Positions 1 through 9,548 of a stretch of 64,000 nt of DNA are shown here, piece after piece. The translations under genes were made by a program, and so were the position numbers. The stretch covers positions 2,592,001 to 2,656,000 of the forward strand of contig CBDCJV010000002.1 of NCBI GenBank assembly GCA_965217895.1, read 5' to 3'. The notes under the pieces were generated by a model. That model was given only the letters and a program-made list of their open reading frames with translations. It was not told the DNA's origin and did not search any database. Each line of letters starts with the position of its first letter. Position 1 is the first letter of the stretch. This stretch comes from Waterburya sp. (lineage in GTDB: Bacteria; Cyanobacteriota; Cyanobacteriia; Cyanobacteriales; Xenococcaceae).

Positions 1-1954
1 AAATTATCGCATCTACAAAGATTATCCACTGAAAGAAGAAAATGCTCTAGCTGACGGCGTACCTATCTTAGAAGTGTGGCCCCATTTCCAAGCTGAAGGT
101 TGGCAAGAGTATTACGGCTTCTACTACGATGCAGGTTTGGGAGAAGATACCTTTCACGTCAGTTTCCCCCAAGCCAAAGAACCTCATGTCTTTCAGGAAG
201 GTCAAGGCAATTATCAACTAACGCGACTAGACAAGTTTCCTTCTCATATTCAGTGTCAAAATCGCAACAGACAACCACTTGGTTTAATTCCTTTAAAAAC
301 ACCTCAAAAGATTTCATTGGCTGATAATTGGCGAGTTGGGGTAGACTTCGGTACTTCTTTCACCAATATCTATGTCAATAGAAGAGATAACGTCGAACCT
401 TTATCTCTTAAGAGTTTACATTTAAAGGTAACGGAAGCAGATATCGAAACTCGTATTCCTGTACTTTTTGAATACTTCGTCCCAGAAAAATTTATTCCTC
501 TTGATAAACCTTTACCTTTTTCCAGTGTTCTCACTACTAGAGGTAAAACTAACAGTCCCGAAGGAAGAGAACGGGCTTTATTTGATGGTCGGATATATAA
601 TCCAGACCTTAATTTTCAACCAGATAAAAACTGGATCGAAACCGATCTCAAATGGGATAATTTTGTTCCCAATCGACTGTTTTTAGAACATTTAGCACTG
701 CACGTTTCCGCCCTGGCTGCTAGCGAAGGAATCACAGAGATTCAATGGTCTTTATCTTATCCTTCCGCTTTTTCCAGGGGAGATCACACTAGATATATGA
801 GCACTTGGCGCGAATTAACTGAAAAACTGCAAGAAAAAACTGGCATTATTCAAAGTTGTCCAGAACAAAAGAATTTAGAGTGTTTTCGTACTGAAAGTCT
901 AGCAGTTGCTCAATACTTTTCTGACCAGGAAGGATACGATTTAATTAATAGTGTTTGTATCGATATTGGTGGCGGGACATCAGACATCTCAATATGGGAA
1001 AATAATCAATTAGTTCATCAATGTTCGGTTAGATTAGCAGGTCGTCAGTTATTTTCGCAATTTATAGAATTAAATCCCGACTTTATACGTAACAGTTTAA
1101 AACTCAAACACAGTGGTTACGAACGTTTAAAAAAAGACAAGCTATATGCCAAGTTAGATGTTTTACTCCGTAACAATGGAGAAACATGGCTAAAGGAAAT
1201 AGTTAAAACTATCGATAAAGATGAAAAATCTCAAGGATTGATTCGCTTAATTGCCTTGGGAACGGCTGGACTATACTATTACATCGGTATTTTATTAGGT
1301 GCATTGTATTCGGAAGAAAAATATACTACAGATGAAATTACTCCTGTTTATGTTGGTGGTAATGCTTCTCGATTCTTAAATTGGCTAGATATCGGAGGCA
1401 AGTTTGACAAACATTCTCAAGTCAATGAATTATTTAGCCATATGTTAAGTAAGGGTTCTGGCTTTAAAGATACTGAAGAAGTCACTCGTTTAAGTCAAAA
1501 GCCAAAAGATGAGGTAGCCTGTGGATTGGTTCTTACTGATACCAAGCTCAAAGGCTTAAATAAAAAACAAAAAGATCCTTTAATTGCAGGAGAAAATTGT
1601 GTAATTAATGGAAAAGAAATTTCTTACGAAAATCGCCTAGAATTTGAGGATAGAATTGAAAGTTTTGAAATTCCTGAATTGCATCAGCTATTTGCTTTTG
1701 TTGATGAGTTTAATTCAGCTATTAAGGAATTAGAACTAGAAGGAATTAAACCAATGTCTCAATTTCAAAGAGGTAAAGGCTTAGAACCTAAATATAAAGA
1801 CAAACTCTACAGTAGTACCAAAAGAGAACTAAAGAATATACTACTCAAAGAATTTGGACAAGGTGATTCTGAAAATATTCGTCCTGATGCTCCTTTTATT
1901 TTAGGATTGAAAGCTTTGTTACTTGCCTTGGGTAGAGAATGGGCAGAGCATTAG
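1..1954 (+). CDS. Divergent actin/Hsp70-superfamily (ASKHA) ATPase, 5'-partial
   Basis: Phosphate-1 motif VGVDFGTSFT, connect motif ESLA, phosphate-2 motif IDIGGGTSD, adenosine motif VGGNAS. The frame is open from base 2, so the true start lies upstream of the window (the track's GTG at 74 is internal). Confidence 0.75.
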   Translation, partial: NYRIYKDYPLKEENALADGVPILEVWPHFQAEGWQEYYGFYYDAGLGEDTFHVSFPQAKEPHVFQEGQGNYQLTRLDKFPSHIQCQNRNRQPLGLIPLKTPQKISLADNWRVGVDFGTSFTNIYVNRRDNVEPLSLKSLHLKVTEADIETRIPVLFEYFVPEKFIPLDKPLPFSSVLTTRGKTNSPEGRERALFDGRIYNPDLNFQPDKNWIETDLKWDNFVPNRLFLEHLALHVSALAASEGITEIQWSLSYPSAFSRGDHTRYMSTWRELTEKLQEKTGIIQSCPEQKNLECFRTESLAVAQYFSDQEGYDLINSVCIDIGGGTSDISIWENNQLVHQCSVRLAGRQLFSQFIELNPDFIRNSLKLKHSGYERLKKDKLYAKLDVLLRNNGETWLKEIVKTIDKDEKSQGLIRLIALGTAGLYYYIGILLGALYSEEKYTTDEITPVYVGGNASRFLNWLDIGGKFDKHSQVNELFSHMLSKGSGFKDTEEVTRLSQKPKDEVACGLVLTDTKLKGLNKKQKDPLIAGENCVINGKEISYENRLEFEDRIESFEIPELHQLFAFVDEFNSAIKELELEGIKPMSQFQRGKGLEPKYKDKLYSSTKRELKNILLKEFGQGDSENIRPDAPFILGLKALLLALGREWAEH

Positions 1955-2055
1955 TAGTAATTAATTATATTTGGCTTAAAGAGTTATGTAAATAAATCAA
2001 TTTTTTTGAAATAACTCTTTGAACATTATTTTTTTGAAATAAATAAATTAATCCT

Positions 2056-2964
2056 ATGGCTTCTTTTGATAATGTACAAGTACATAACTGTCCTGCTTGT
2101 GGAACTAAATATAAGGCTCAACGGGATGATTATATTTGTTGTGAATGTAAGTATCCTGTTAATTCAACAGCAGATTCAAAAGTTATTGATTGGTCGAAAA
2201 AAACTATTCAACAAATACAAGAACAAAATCAAATAAATCAAAAATTAACAGAAGACTTAGACAATCAAAATAAGAAAGAAAGTAATAACTTTAACATTTT
2301 TCAACAAACTATAGGCAGAATATCTCAACCTATAAGTAATTTGGCTCAGGAAATCAATAGTTTAACTCAAGAAATTAAAACCTTAACACAACAACAATAT
2401 AATTCAAATCTCAAGCAAAATAATAATTCTAAAATAGAAGGAAATTTAGAAGCATCACAACAAAATGATAATTCAGATATCGACGATTCTAAAGACTGTC
2501 TAGAAAAAAATAAAAGTGATAATTCGCATTCAGAAAATAATATAGACAATGATTCATTACCAGAAGCATCAAATGATAATAATGCTCTAAATAATATTCC
2601 TCAATTTTTAAGAGATTATAATCATGACAAAAATTTACTACTTGGCAAAGCGATCGCGACAGTTTCAGAAACAGCAGAAAGTATAAGTAATCGTCGCGAT
2701 GCAAGAGATATTCCAGTCCAGTTAGAAGTAAAAGCATCGAGGGGAAGCTATTGGATTATTAATGAAGAAGGTATTAATTATTTAGTTCCTACAATCGATA
2801 TTAAATTTAACGAGTTTAACCTTGACACACTTCAAGCCTTATTTGAATACGATAATTCTTGCAACAACTCTTATGAGTTTCAACTAATTAAACCAGCTAA
2901 AGTATCTCAAATATCATCAAAAACATGGCAAATTGAGAAAAAAGGCAAGCTATATTTTTATTAA
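2056..2964 (+). CDS. Hypothetical protein: N-terminal Zn ribbon, coiled coil, one copy of an unnamed ~118-aa C-terminal domain
   Basis: CPAC...CCEC motif, Q/N/E-rich heptads, C-terminal GxYW/YLVP/LIKPAKV/WxxEKKG domain shared with the next ORF. Confidence 0.8.
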   Translation: MASFDNVQVHNCPACGTKYKAQRDDYICCECKYPVNSTADSKVIDWSKKTIQQIQEQNQINQKLTEDLDNQNKKESNNFNIFQQTIGRISQPISNLAQEINSLTQEIKTLTQQQYNSNLKQNNNSKIEGNLEASQQNDNSDIDDSKDCLEKNKSDNSHSENNIDNDSLPEASNDNNALNNIPQFLRDYNHDKNLLLGKAIATVSETAESISNRRDARDIPVQLEVKASRGSYWIINEEGINYLVPTIDIKFNEFNLDTLQALFEYDNSCNNSYEFQLIKPAKVSQISSKTWQIEKKGKLYFY

Positions 2965-3020
2965 AGACTAAGAATTAAGCATAATTTAATCAATAATTTG
3001 AAAACAATTAACGAAATCTC

Positions 3021-4802
3021 ATGGCTACAAGTGATAAAAACACAGTTGTCACTCAAGGATTTGTCGATAAACTAATTGACAAAATAGGTAAAATCCTAAA
3101 AGAACAACATACTCTTGTTGAACGAGATGAACAACAAGCAGAATCAATAGAATTATTATTAGAAAAAGTTAGTTCTATTGAAAAAAACTTTGAGGAATTA
3201 ACTAAATCTTTAGCTAAAGGTAGCTATCCGCTGAAGTTAGCGCGATCTATAAAAGTAACACCATCTTCCATAAAACCTCATATCTTACCTGTCGATCTGA
3301 CTAAAGCTCAATTGATTGCCACCTATAACGAATTAGTAGCCGTGTTATCTGGTTATATTATCCCCGTTACCCTTACGCCAGAAAGTTATCGAGGTTCAAA
3401 TTCAGATGGAATAATTCTAGAAACAACTATCAAAGGAAATTATTGGGCGATCGCAACTCTAGAAAACAAACAGCATAAATATTGGCTTGTACCTAATAAT
3501 AATATCAGTTTTAATATTCACAAATTAAAAACAGTTGAAAATTTATTCCAGCTACAAGGAGATTATAATTCATCCGAATGCGAGTTTATCTTACAAGAAC
3601 CCGCAATTCTTTCTTTATTGCCGAATAACAAACAATGGAAGCTACTTCAGCCTGGTATTCTATTTTTTGGTAGCATAAAATCTGCATCACCTCAATTAAA
3701 ACAGCCTGAAAATGTAGTTGACGATAAGCAATCTAAAATTAATCAACAGATTTTGTCTAGCTTGACAGCATTTCAAACAAAAGTAAAGCTACTAGATAAT
3801 AAAATAACGCAGTTTGAAATTCAATCGGAAATATCGGAAAAAGTTTATCAACGAGATAAACAAGATTGGCTTACAGAAAAAAAAATTCTCAATGAACAAA
3901 TACAAAAAACTGATGTCTTACAATCTCAGCTAAATAACTTGATTAATCAAAGCGATCATACTGAAAATTTCAACTCAGACAATAGTGTTCAACAGTTTAC
4001 CGAATTATACAATCAACATAAAAATTCATTTAACGAATTTGTAATAGCTACAGTTATAGAGACACAAGAAAGTATGGAAAATCGTTTAGCAGGTCGTTCT
4101 GAAACAGTTTTTCTTTCAAGTATAAGTAAAGGTAACTATTGGATAGTAGAAGAAAACAACAATTCTTATTTAGTTCCTCATGCAAAAATTAGCATCAATG
4201 AACACAATAAACGATATACTATTGAAAATCTTTTTGAGTGTAATGAATCAAGCTCAGGTGATTATAGTTTTCAATTAATTCAGCCAGCAAAGGTTTTAAA
4301 ACTCAATTCGGAATTATGGCAACTTGAGAGAAAAGGCAAAATAGAGTTCATATCAGATAATCACAACAAAATAGACAATACAGAGATTAAAGATAGTCAG
4401 GATACAAAAATAGATTTAAAAACTAAAATATCTCGATTTAGACAAGACTATACTCAAGACATTAAGCTAATCTCTGATCTGATCGTGGCTAAAGTTACAA
4501 TTAGTGTAGAAACTCTATTACAACTTGTAATCTATAAACCCGATCTAATTAAATTAGAAAATAATGCTGATGGTAAGTATTGGATTATTGATTACTTAGG
4601 TGTTTATTGCTTGATACCAAGCGAAATACATCAGATAACTAACGCTACAGAAAAATCCTTAAACGATGCCAAAATCTTATTCGATCTAGTTGGATACTAT
4701 CCTCAATACTCTAGCTATCATTTAATTAAACCTGCAATAGTAACCAAGCTCTCTACGAATCAATGGAAATTGGAAGAAAAAGGTAAATTTAATTTTTCGT
4801 AG
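3021..4802 (+). CDS. Hypothetical coiled-coil protein with three copies of the same ~118-aa domain
   Basis: Repeats at about 3312-3668, 3996-4349 and 4437-4799 share Y(N/T)...GxYW...(Y/W/C)L(V/I)P...LF...PA...W...G motifs. Confidence 0.8.
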   Translation: MATSDKNTVVTQGFVDKLIDKIGKILKEQHTLVERDEQQAESIELLLEKVSSIEKNFEELTKSLAKGSYPLKLARSIKVTPSSIKPHILPVDLTKAQLIATYNELVAVLSGYIIPVTLTPESYRGSNSDGIILETTIKGNYWAIATLENKQHKYWLVPNNNISFNIHKLKTVENLFQLQGDYNSSECEFILQEPAILSLLPNNKQWKLLQPGILFFGSIKSASPQLKQPENVVDDKQSKINQQILSSLTAFQTKVKLLDNKITQFEIQSEISEKVYQRDKQDWLTEKKILNEQIQKTDVLQSQLNNLINQSDHTENFNSDNSVQQFTELYNQHKNSFNEFVIATVIETQESMENRLAGRSETVFLSSISKGNYWIVEENNNSYLVPHAKISINEHNKRYTIENLFECNESSSGDYSFQLIQPAKVLKLNSELWQLERKGKIEFISDNHNKIDNTEIKDSQDTKIDLKTKISRFRQDYTQDIKLISDLIVAKVTISVETLLQLVIYKPDLIKLENNADGKYWIIDYLGVYCLIPSEIHQITNATEKSLNDAKILFDLVGYYPQYSSYHLIKPAIVTKLSTNQWKLEEKGKFNFS

Positions 4803-4936
4803 ATATTGCTAGGCATAAAGTTTGAGTTTTGCTTTATAGGCTAAAAAGCGATCGCACAAGCGCGAGCAAATCTTTCTAAAAGCTGATAGCTATTGATAAA
4901 AGTTTATTATTTAATTTTATAATAACTCTCTTAATT

Positions 4937-5572
4937 ATGATTTATCTTGATTCGGCTTTAATTGAAGAAGCTCAAGCAGCAGTGGCAATGGGCTGGGTAA
5001 AGGGAATTACAACCAATCCAACTCTACTAAATAAAAGCGATCTAGCTCCTGAAGACTGTCTTCAACAATTGACGGCTATCAGTCCTGGAGAACTATATTA
5101 TCAGCTATGTGCCACAGATTTTGAGGCAATGGTTACAGAAGCAAAAAAAGCCCAAGCAATTATTGGCGATAAGCTGGTCTTAAAAATTCCTGCTACTCCA
5201 TTAGGATTTCAGGTTACAGCTTATTTATCATCAGCAATAAATTGTTCGGTAACAGCTATTTATAGTCCTGCCCAAGCAGCAGTTGCTGCCCAGGCGGGAG
5301 CAAAATATGCGATCGCCTACGTAAACCGTGCTACCAGGCTTTTAGGAGATGGTTTAGCACTAGTCAGAGAAATGTCTGATGTACTCAAACATAGCAATAC
5401 TGAAATTCTGGCAGCCAGCCTTAAGTCGCCTGAAGAAGCTGCTGCTACCCTGCAAGCAGGAGCGCATCACCTCACCGTTCCTATGTCAATCTTAGAGGCA
5501 ATGGCAACACATGATTTATCAGATCAGACCGTAACTGAGTTTTTAGATAAGGGCATTGGCATTAGTATTTAA
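4937..5572 (+). CDS. fsa: Fructose-6-phosphate aldolase / small transaldolase family
   Basis: LDSA, GITTNPTL and Schiff-base KIP motifs. Gln in YYQL and Tyr in AYVNR match FSA rather than transaldolase. Confidence 0.8.
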   Translation: MIYLDSALIEEAQAAVAMGWVKGITTNPTLLNKSDLAPEDCLQQLTAISPGELYYQLCATDFEAMVTEAKKAQAIIGDKLVLKIPATPLGFQVTAYLSSAINCSVTAIYSPAQAAVAAQAGAKYAIAYVNRATRLLGDGLALVREMSDVLKHSNTEILAASLKSPEEAAATLQAGAHHLTVPMSILEAMATHDLSDQTVTEFLDKGIGISI

Positions 5573-5589
5573 GCTGACGTATTTATTTA

Positions 5590-5720
5590 CTGATATTACG
5601 CAGCATGGGGTCATGGAGTAGTGAGTAAGGAGTATAGAGGAGTAGTGGAGATAGTGAAGCCAAACTACCCCAATTACCCCACTACCCAGTCTTCACAGAT
5701 CAATGAGTGCGTAACATCAG
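5590..5720. mobile_element. MITE family A, copy 1 (131 bp)
   Basis: TIRs CTGATATTACGCA / TGCGTAACATCAG, 3-bp TTA target duplication (5587-5589, 5721-5723), inverted homologue at 9801-9956. Confidence 0.8.
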
Positions 5721-6248
5721 TTATTTAGATAAGGCGATCGCCTGTGCTATCTTATCAAACATATTTGTTACGTCCTGTCCTGTCTTTGCCGAAGTTAGAT
5801 AGGCAGCAATTACTTGTTCACAATCAAAAGAGCTATATGCTTGGCTTAGTTTGTCTAGCTTTTCTTGAGCGACTAAATCAGCCTTGTTTAAACTTATTGC
5901 TATAATGGTTTGAGGATTTACCTCGGAAAAAAGGTTAATATGATTATTTAAATTATTGAGGGTATCTGAGCGAGTCAAATCTCCCACAATAATTGCGGCA
6001 CTTGCACCTTTAAGATAGCTGGGGGTAATTGACTTGAACTTAGTATTACCTTCTAAATCCCAGACCAAAAGATTAATTTGATCGATCTGTGAGTCAGTTT
6101 TGATATTTACTGATTTGCGAGATACCTTAACTCCAACCGTAGACAAATATTGATCGCTAAACTTATCTTCAACAAAGCGTCGAATTAAGCTGGTTTTACC
6201 AACATTAAAATCTCCTATTAAACAAATTTTCTTGGTAATTACTGACAT
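5721..6248 (-). CDS. Ras-superfamily (Rab-like) small GTPase
   Basis: G1 GDFNVGKT, G2 STVG, G3 WDLEG, G4 NKAD, G5 SAK; stand-alone 175 aa. Confidence 0.9.
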   Translation of the reverse strand: MSVITKKICLIGDFNVGKTSLIRRFVEDKFSDQYLSTVGVKVSRKSVNIKTDSQIDQINLLVWDLEGNTKFKSITPSYLKGASAAIIVGDLTRSDTLNNLNNHINLFSEVNPQTIIAISLNKADLVAQEKLDKLSQAYSSFDCEQVIAAYLTSAKTGQDVTNMFDKIAQAIALSK

Positions 6249-6251
6249 TAG

Positions 6252-8585
6252 TTAGTTTTTCTTGATATTGCTCGTAGGAATAAATGGTTCAAAGCTTACA
6301 TAACGATCTAACCACGCTGCTTGGTTGTTTGTATTTTGGGAAACATCTAATTTTGTGCAACGAGCCACAAGCTTAGTTGAATCAACTCCTTTGGCAACTA
6401 AGGCTGCCTGGACATTTTGACAACGCTCTTGGTTTAATTTTTGGTTAATTTTGTCTGTACCTTTTCCATCATTATGAGCTATTAATTTGAGATTTAGTTG
6501 GGGATATTGCTCTAAAAACTGGACTACAGAGTCAAGCTTGGCAGAAGTATCGGTAAATTCTAGCCGATTAGATCCTGAATTGAAGTAAATACGTTGTTTT
6601 ACCTTTGGTAACTGCGTATTTACGTTGAGAATTATTTTGGCAATTCCTGGTACTTGCTCGAACAGCTTAAGCATAAATTCTTGCTTTGATAAACTGCTTA
6701 CAGTTCCTTCTATAGTTAAAGTTTTGGTAGGAGATTCATAATTGGTTTTAATCAAGTTATTTGGCTGTTGATTAAATAAGCGAGTCAACCTTTGAACTTC
6801 ACCAGCAACCACATCAGGACTGGGAGAAATCTGAATAGCGATAATTTGGTTATCGAACTGGAGATTATTTTGACTGGCAATTTTTTGTGTAATTGCCCCT
6901 GCCTGATTTTTGAGGTATTCACTCGGAACTCTGCCACTAATAGTTAGTGTTCGATGATTTACATAGGGTTCTAAGCGATAAATAGATAGTTCTGGTGCAG
7001 CATCTAGTTTTGCTGCTGTTATTTGTTCAATATTGTGAGCTACATTGCCACGGTAGCTAATAATTCCCCAAGGAATAAGAACTAAACCCAGAAGAAAGGC
7101 TATTAGCCACAACAACGTCGACGGAGAAGACTTAAGTTTTGACTGCTGAGGATCTTGTTCGTAAATTAGCTTTCCTAATGCGGCTCTAATTTGTGGAGGA
7201 TTAGTTGTCATGTCTCCCTGATAATTAGCGATCGCCTTTCCATGCTTGAGGACAATTTCCCCTAAAACTCGGCGAATTCTGACTCGAAATTCTTTTGTCG
7301 GTTCTCCCTTAACCACTACGGCTAAATAACAATAGCCAGCTACTTCAATGGGAATCTGCCAGTCACCATAATCAATTGCGTCTAATTCTGAGCCAGAGGT
7401 AATACATTCATTAGCAAAACTACGAATTGCCGTTAACATTCCTGCAATCATGTCCGAATCTAAATGCCGATCTGCTTCCCTTTTAATCTCCTCAATCACA
7501 ATTCCCGAATCTTTAGCAATCAAAAATACGGCTTGAACATAATAGCCAATGGACTCTCGAAAAATTAGTTCGGCTTCAGAAACTCCCTGGATTTTTGCTT
7601 TTACCTTGCGCTTAATTCCCTCTGGGCTTAGGGTATTCTCCACCTTTCTATTGATATCCTGCACCACCTCCACCATATATTTAGAAATAGTGCTGCCAAT
7701 GACGGGGTAGAGTGCATCTACCATGGCATCTTTTTCAAGCTCAATCTGAGTTTTAATTGCCTTGCCCATTTCTGAACCTAAAGCTTCGGAGATTGCATCT
7801 TGGTCTAAACGAATTTGCTCTTTAATACACAGAGCCAATTCTGGAGCGATCGCCTTAGCAATCTCTTCAGGAGTCAGATTAATACCTTCGCTGATGGCAT
7901 GGGGCAAAATTTTAGCGATCGCGGCTGCCATTTTAGGCGAGTCTTCGAGCGATCGCTGTTCGATTATCCGATCTAGTACAGGTGATACTGTTTTTATAAT
8001 TGTCTCTTGAGAATCATCTATTTTATATTTCAGTAGCTCTACCATTAAAGGAATCAGGGCATTTACTGAATCAACAAGATCTAACTCTTGAGCAGAATCT
8101 GCTTGTGTCTGTAGCTCACTGCTATCTTTAGCGACAGACTCGATGGCTTCATCAAAAGTTACTTCCCAAGATGATGAGCGATCTGGTTCTGAGTCAGATG
8201 CTGAATGCTGTTGAGGCTTTACAGTTTGTCGGAGAAATGCTTGATACTCAACGGCTTTTTCGAGAGTGAGATTTTCTATTTCGCTTTCTACATCTATTTC
8301 TAAATCGGCATCTTCAGTATGTTGAAAGCTTGGGCGATCGGCATTAGAGTTTACCTGTTCTGATTTTGGTTTCTCAAAAGTAGAGTCGAAAGCCTTTTCT
8401 TGATAATATGACGGTTGCTTGCTATCTGTATCTCCTACCTCTGCCGTTTCTGCTTGGGATACGCCATTTGCTGATGACTTTTCATCTAATAAAAGATTAA
8501 GTAAATTGTCAATCGGCTCAAGATCTGGTTTTGTTGATTGAGAATTATTATCTTGAGGAGGTAAATTTTCAGAAAAAGAATTCAT
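6252..8585 (-). CDS. Membrane protein: acidic N-terminus, helical repeats, longin/roadblock-like domain, TM, BON-like and OmpA_C-like domains
   Basis: VFLIAKDSG...DMIAGMLTAIRSF segment, TM LLWLIAFLLGLVLIPWGII, LTISGRVPS (BON), IYFNSGS...HNDGKG...NQKLNQER (OmpA_C). The stop is 3 nt from the GTPase start. Confidence 0.8.
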   Translation of the reverse strand: MNSFSENLPPQDNNSQSTKPDLEPIDNLLNLLLDEKSSANGVSQAETAEVGDTDSKQPSYYQEKAFDSTFEKPKSEQVNSNADRPSFQHTEDADLEIDVESEIENLTLEKAVEYQAFLRQTVKPQQHSASDSEPDRSSSWEVTFDEAIESVAKDSSELQTQADSAQELDLVDSVNALIPLMVELLKYKIDDSQETIIKTVSPVLDRIIEQRSLEDSPKMAAAIAKILPHAISEGINLTPEEIAKAIAPELALCIKEQIRLDQDAISEALGSEMGKAIKTQIELEKDAMVDALYPVIGSTISKYMVEVVQDINRKVENTLSPEGIKRKVKAKIQGVSEAELIFRESIGYYVQAVFLIAKDSGIVIEEIKREADRHLDSDMIAGMLTAIRSFANECITSGSELDAIDYGDWQIPIEVAGYCYLAVVVKGEPTKEFRVRIRRVLGEIVLKHGKAIANYQGDMTTNPPQIRAALGKLIYEQDPQQSKLKSSPSTLLWLIAFLLGLVLIPWGIISYRGNVAHNIEQITAAKLDAAPELSIYRLEPYVNHRTLTISGRVPSEYLKNQAGAITQKIASQNNLQFDNQIIAIQISPSPDVVAGEVQRLTRLFNQQPNNLIKTNYESPTKTLTIEGTVSSLSKQEFMLKLFEQVPGIAKIILNVNTQLPKVKQRIYFNSGSNRLEFTDTSAKLDSVVQFLEQYPQLNLKLIAHNDGKGTDKINQKLNQERCQNVQAALVAKGVDSTKLVARCTKLDVSQNTNNQAAWLDRYVSFEPFIPTSNIKKN

Positions 8586-8635
8586 AAGCAATTTTACAAT
8601 ATCTGAAGCTTAAAACAGTTAGAGCAGTTTTCTTT

Positions 8636-8678
8636 GACTACTAACGACTAACTACTAACTACCAACTACCAACTACTA
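8636..8678. repeat. Short tandem heptamer repeats (ACTACTA/ACTACCA type, STRR-like)
   Basis: gactactaacgactaactactaactaccaactaccaactacta read directly. Confidence 0.7.
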
Positions 8679-8684
8679 AGATTG

Positions 8685-9548
8685 CTATATAGTCTTTGAG
8701 GTGATCTCGCTGATTTCTAGAGAATCGCTTCTTTTTGCTATGGCCTGTTCTAGGTTTTGCTCTGCCTGCTGAAGAATGCTGCGACTATCTATTACGTCTG
8801 TGGGATCGACAACTACTCCTCCTGCATTCATTTTAAGCGATAATGACGTTCCATCTGCTTTTTGTAAAGGAGTTTGCGTAATTTTCTCTCGTAAATATGC
8901 TCCATATTCTGTTATCTCTGTTCCTCTCAAGCCCAAAATCAAGCTAATAAAACGTTTGCGGTCTGTAGTGCCTAGAAAACTATCAGGAATTACAGCATTG
9001 ACAAACCGATTGGCGATCGCTTTATAAACTGCATTTTCGCTGCCTACATCGGCAAAATTACGCTGAGATTTAGCTGGTTCAACCGTAAATAAGATTACGG
9101 TGAGTGATGAATAGCGCGGATTATTAGGTTGATTTTTCATTTGCTGGAGCAAATGTTCTGTTAGCTGCACTGTGGCATCTTTGGTTAACAAACCCGTTAC
9201 CGTATCAGCTAAATTAAAAGTCTGAAGTAGCTCTTGAGTCGCTTCTTGTTTAGCTAGATCTTGCTGCTGTTGTTGGGTGTTTGTTTTGCTTTGCATTTTT
9301 AGCTGGGTTTGTAGCTCGGCAATTTGCTTTTTTTGTCGCGAATTCTGCCAACCCCGCTTAAAAATTGTGGGAGTTGATAATAGCAAGCTGATTATGATTC
9401 CTAACCCTAAGGTAAGAAGTAAAATAATAGCTAAAGACTCTTTAAATTGCCAGACACCAAAACTAATGGTTACCACCGCAGCATTTTGAAAAGCAAAAAG
9501 CACGGCAACTACCGCCATGATCAAGCCGATAATTACTAGAAAAACCAT
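8685..9548 (-). CDS. LapA (DUF1049) domain fused to a degenerate GGDEF-fold domain
   Basis: Two N-terminal TMs with FAFQN motif and a coiled coil. The C-terminal part has DTVTGLL and SLKMNAGG...QAEQNL, but the GGDEF site reads TDRKRF. Confidence 0.7.
   Translation of the reverse strand: MVFLVIIGLIMAVVAVLFAFQNAAVVTISFGVWQFKESLAIILLLTLGLGIIISLLLSTPTIFKRGWQNSRQKKQIAELQTQLKMQSKTNTQQQQQDLAKQEATQELLQTFNLADTVTGLLTKDATVQLTEHLLQQMKNQPNNPRYSSLTVILFTVEPAKSQRNFADVGSENAVYKAIANRFVNAVIPDSFLGTTDRKRFISLILGLRGTEITEYGAYLREKITQTPLQKADGTSLSLKMNAGGVVVDPTDVIDSRSILQQAEQNLEQAIAKRSDSLEISEITSKTI

Noticed and set aside
1..1954. Calling the first ORF dnaK, mreB, ftsA or parM
   Set aside because: Only the shared ASKHA phosphate motifs match; length, N-terminal extension and lack of family-specific signatures argue against each.
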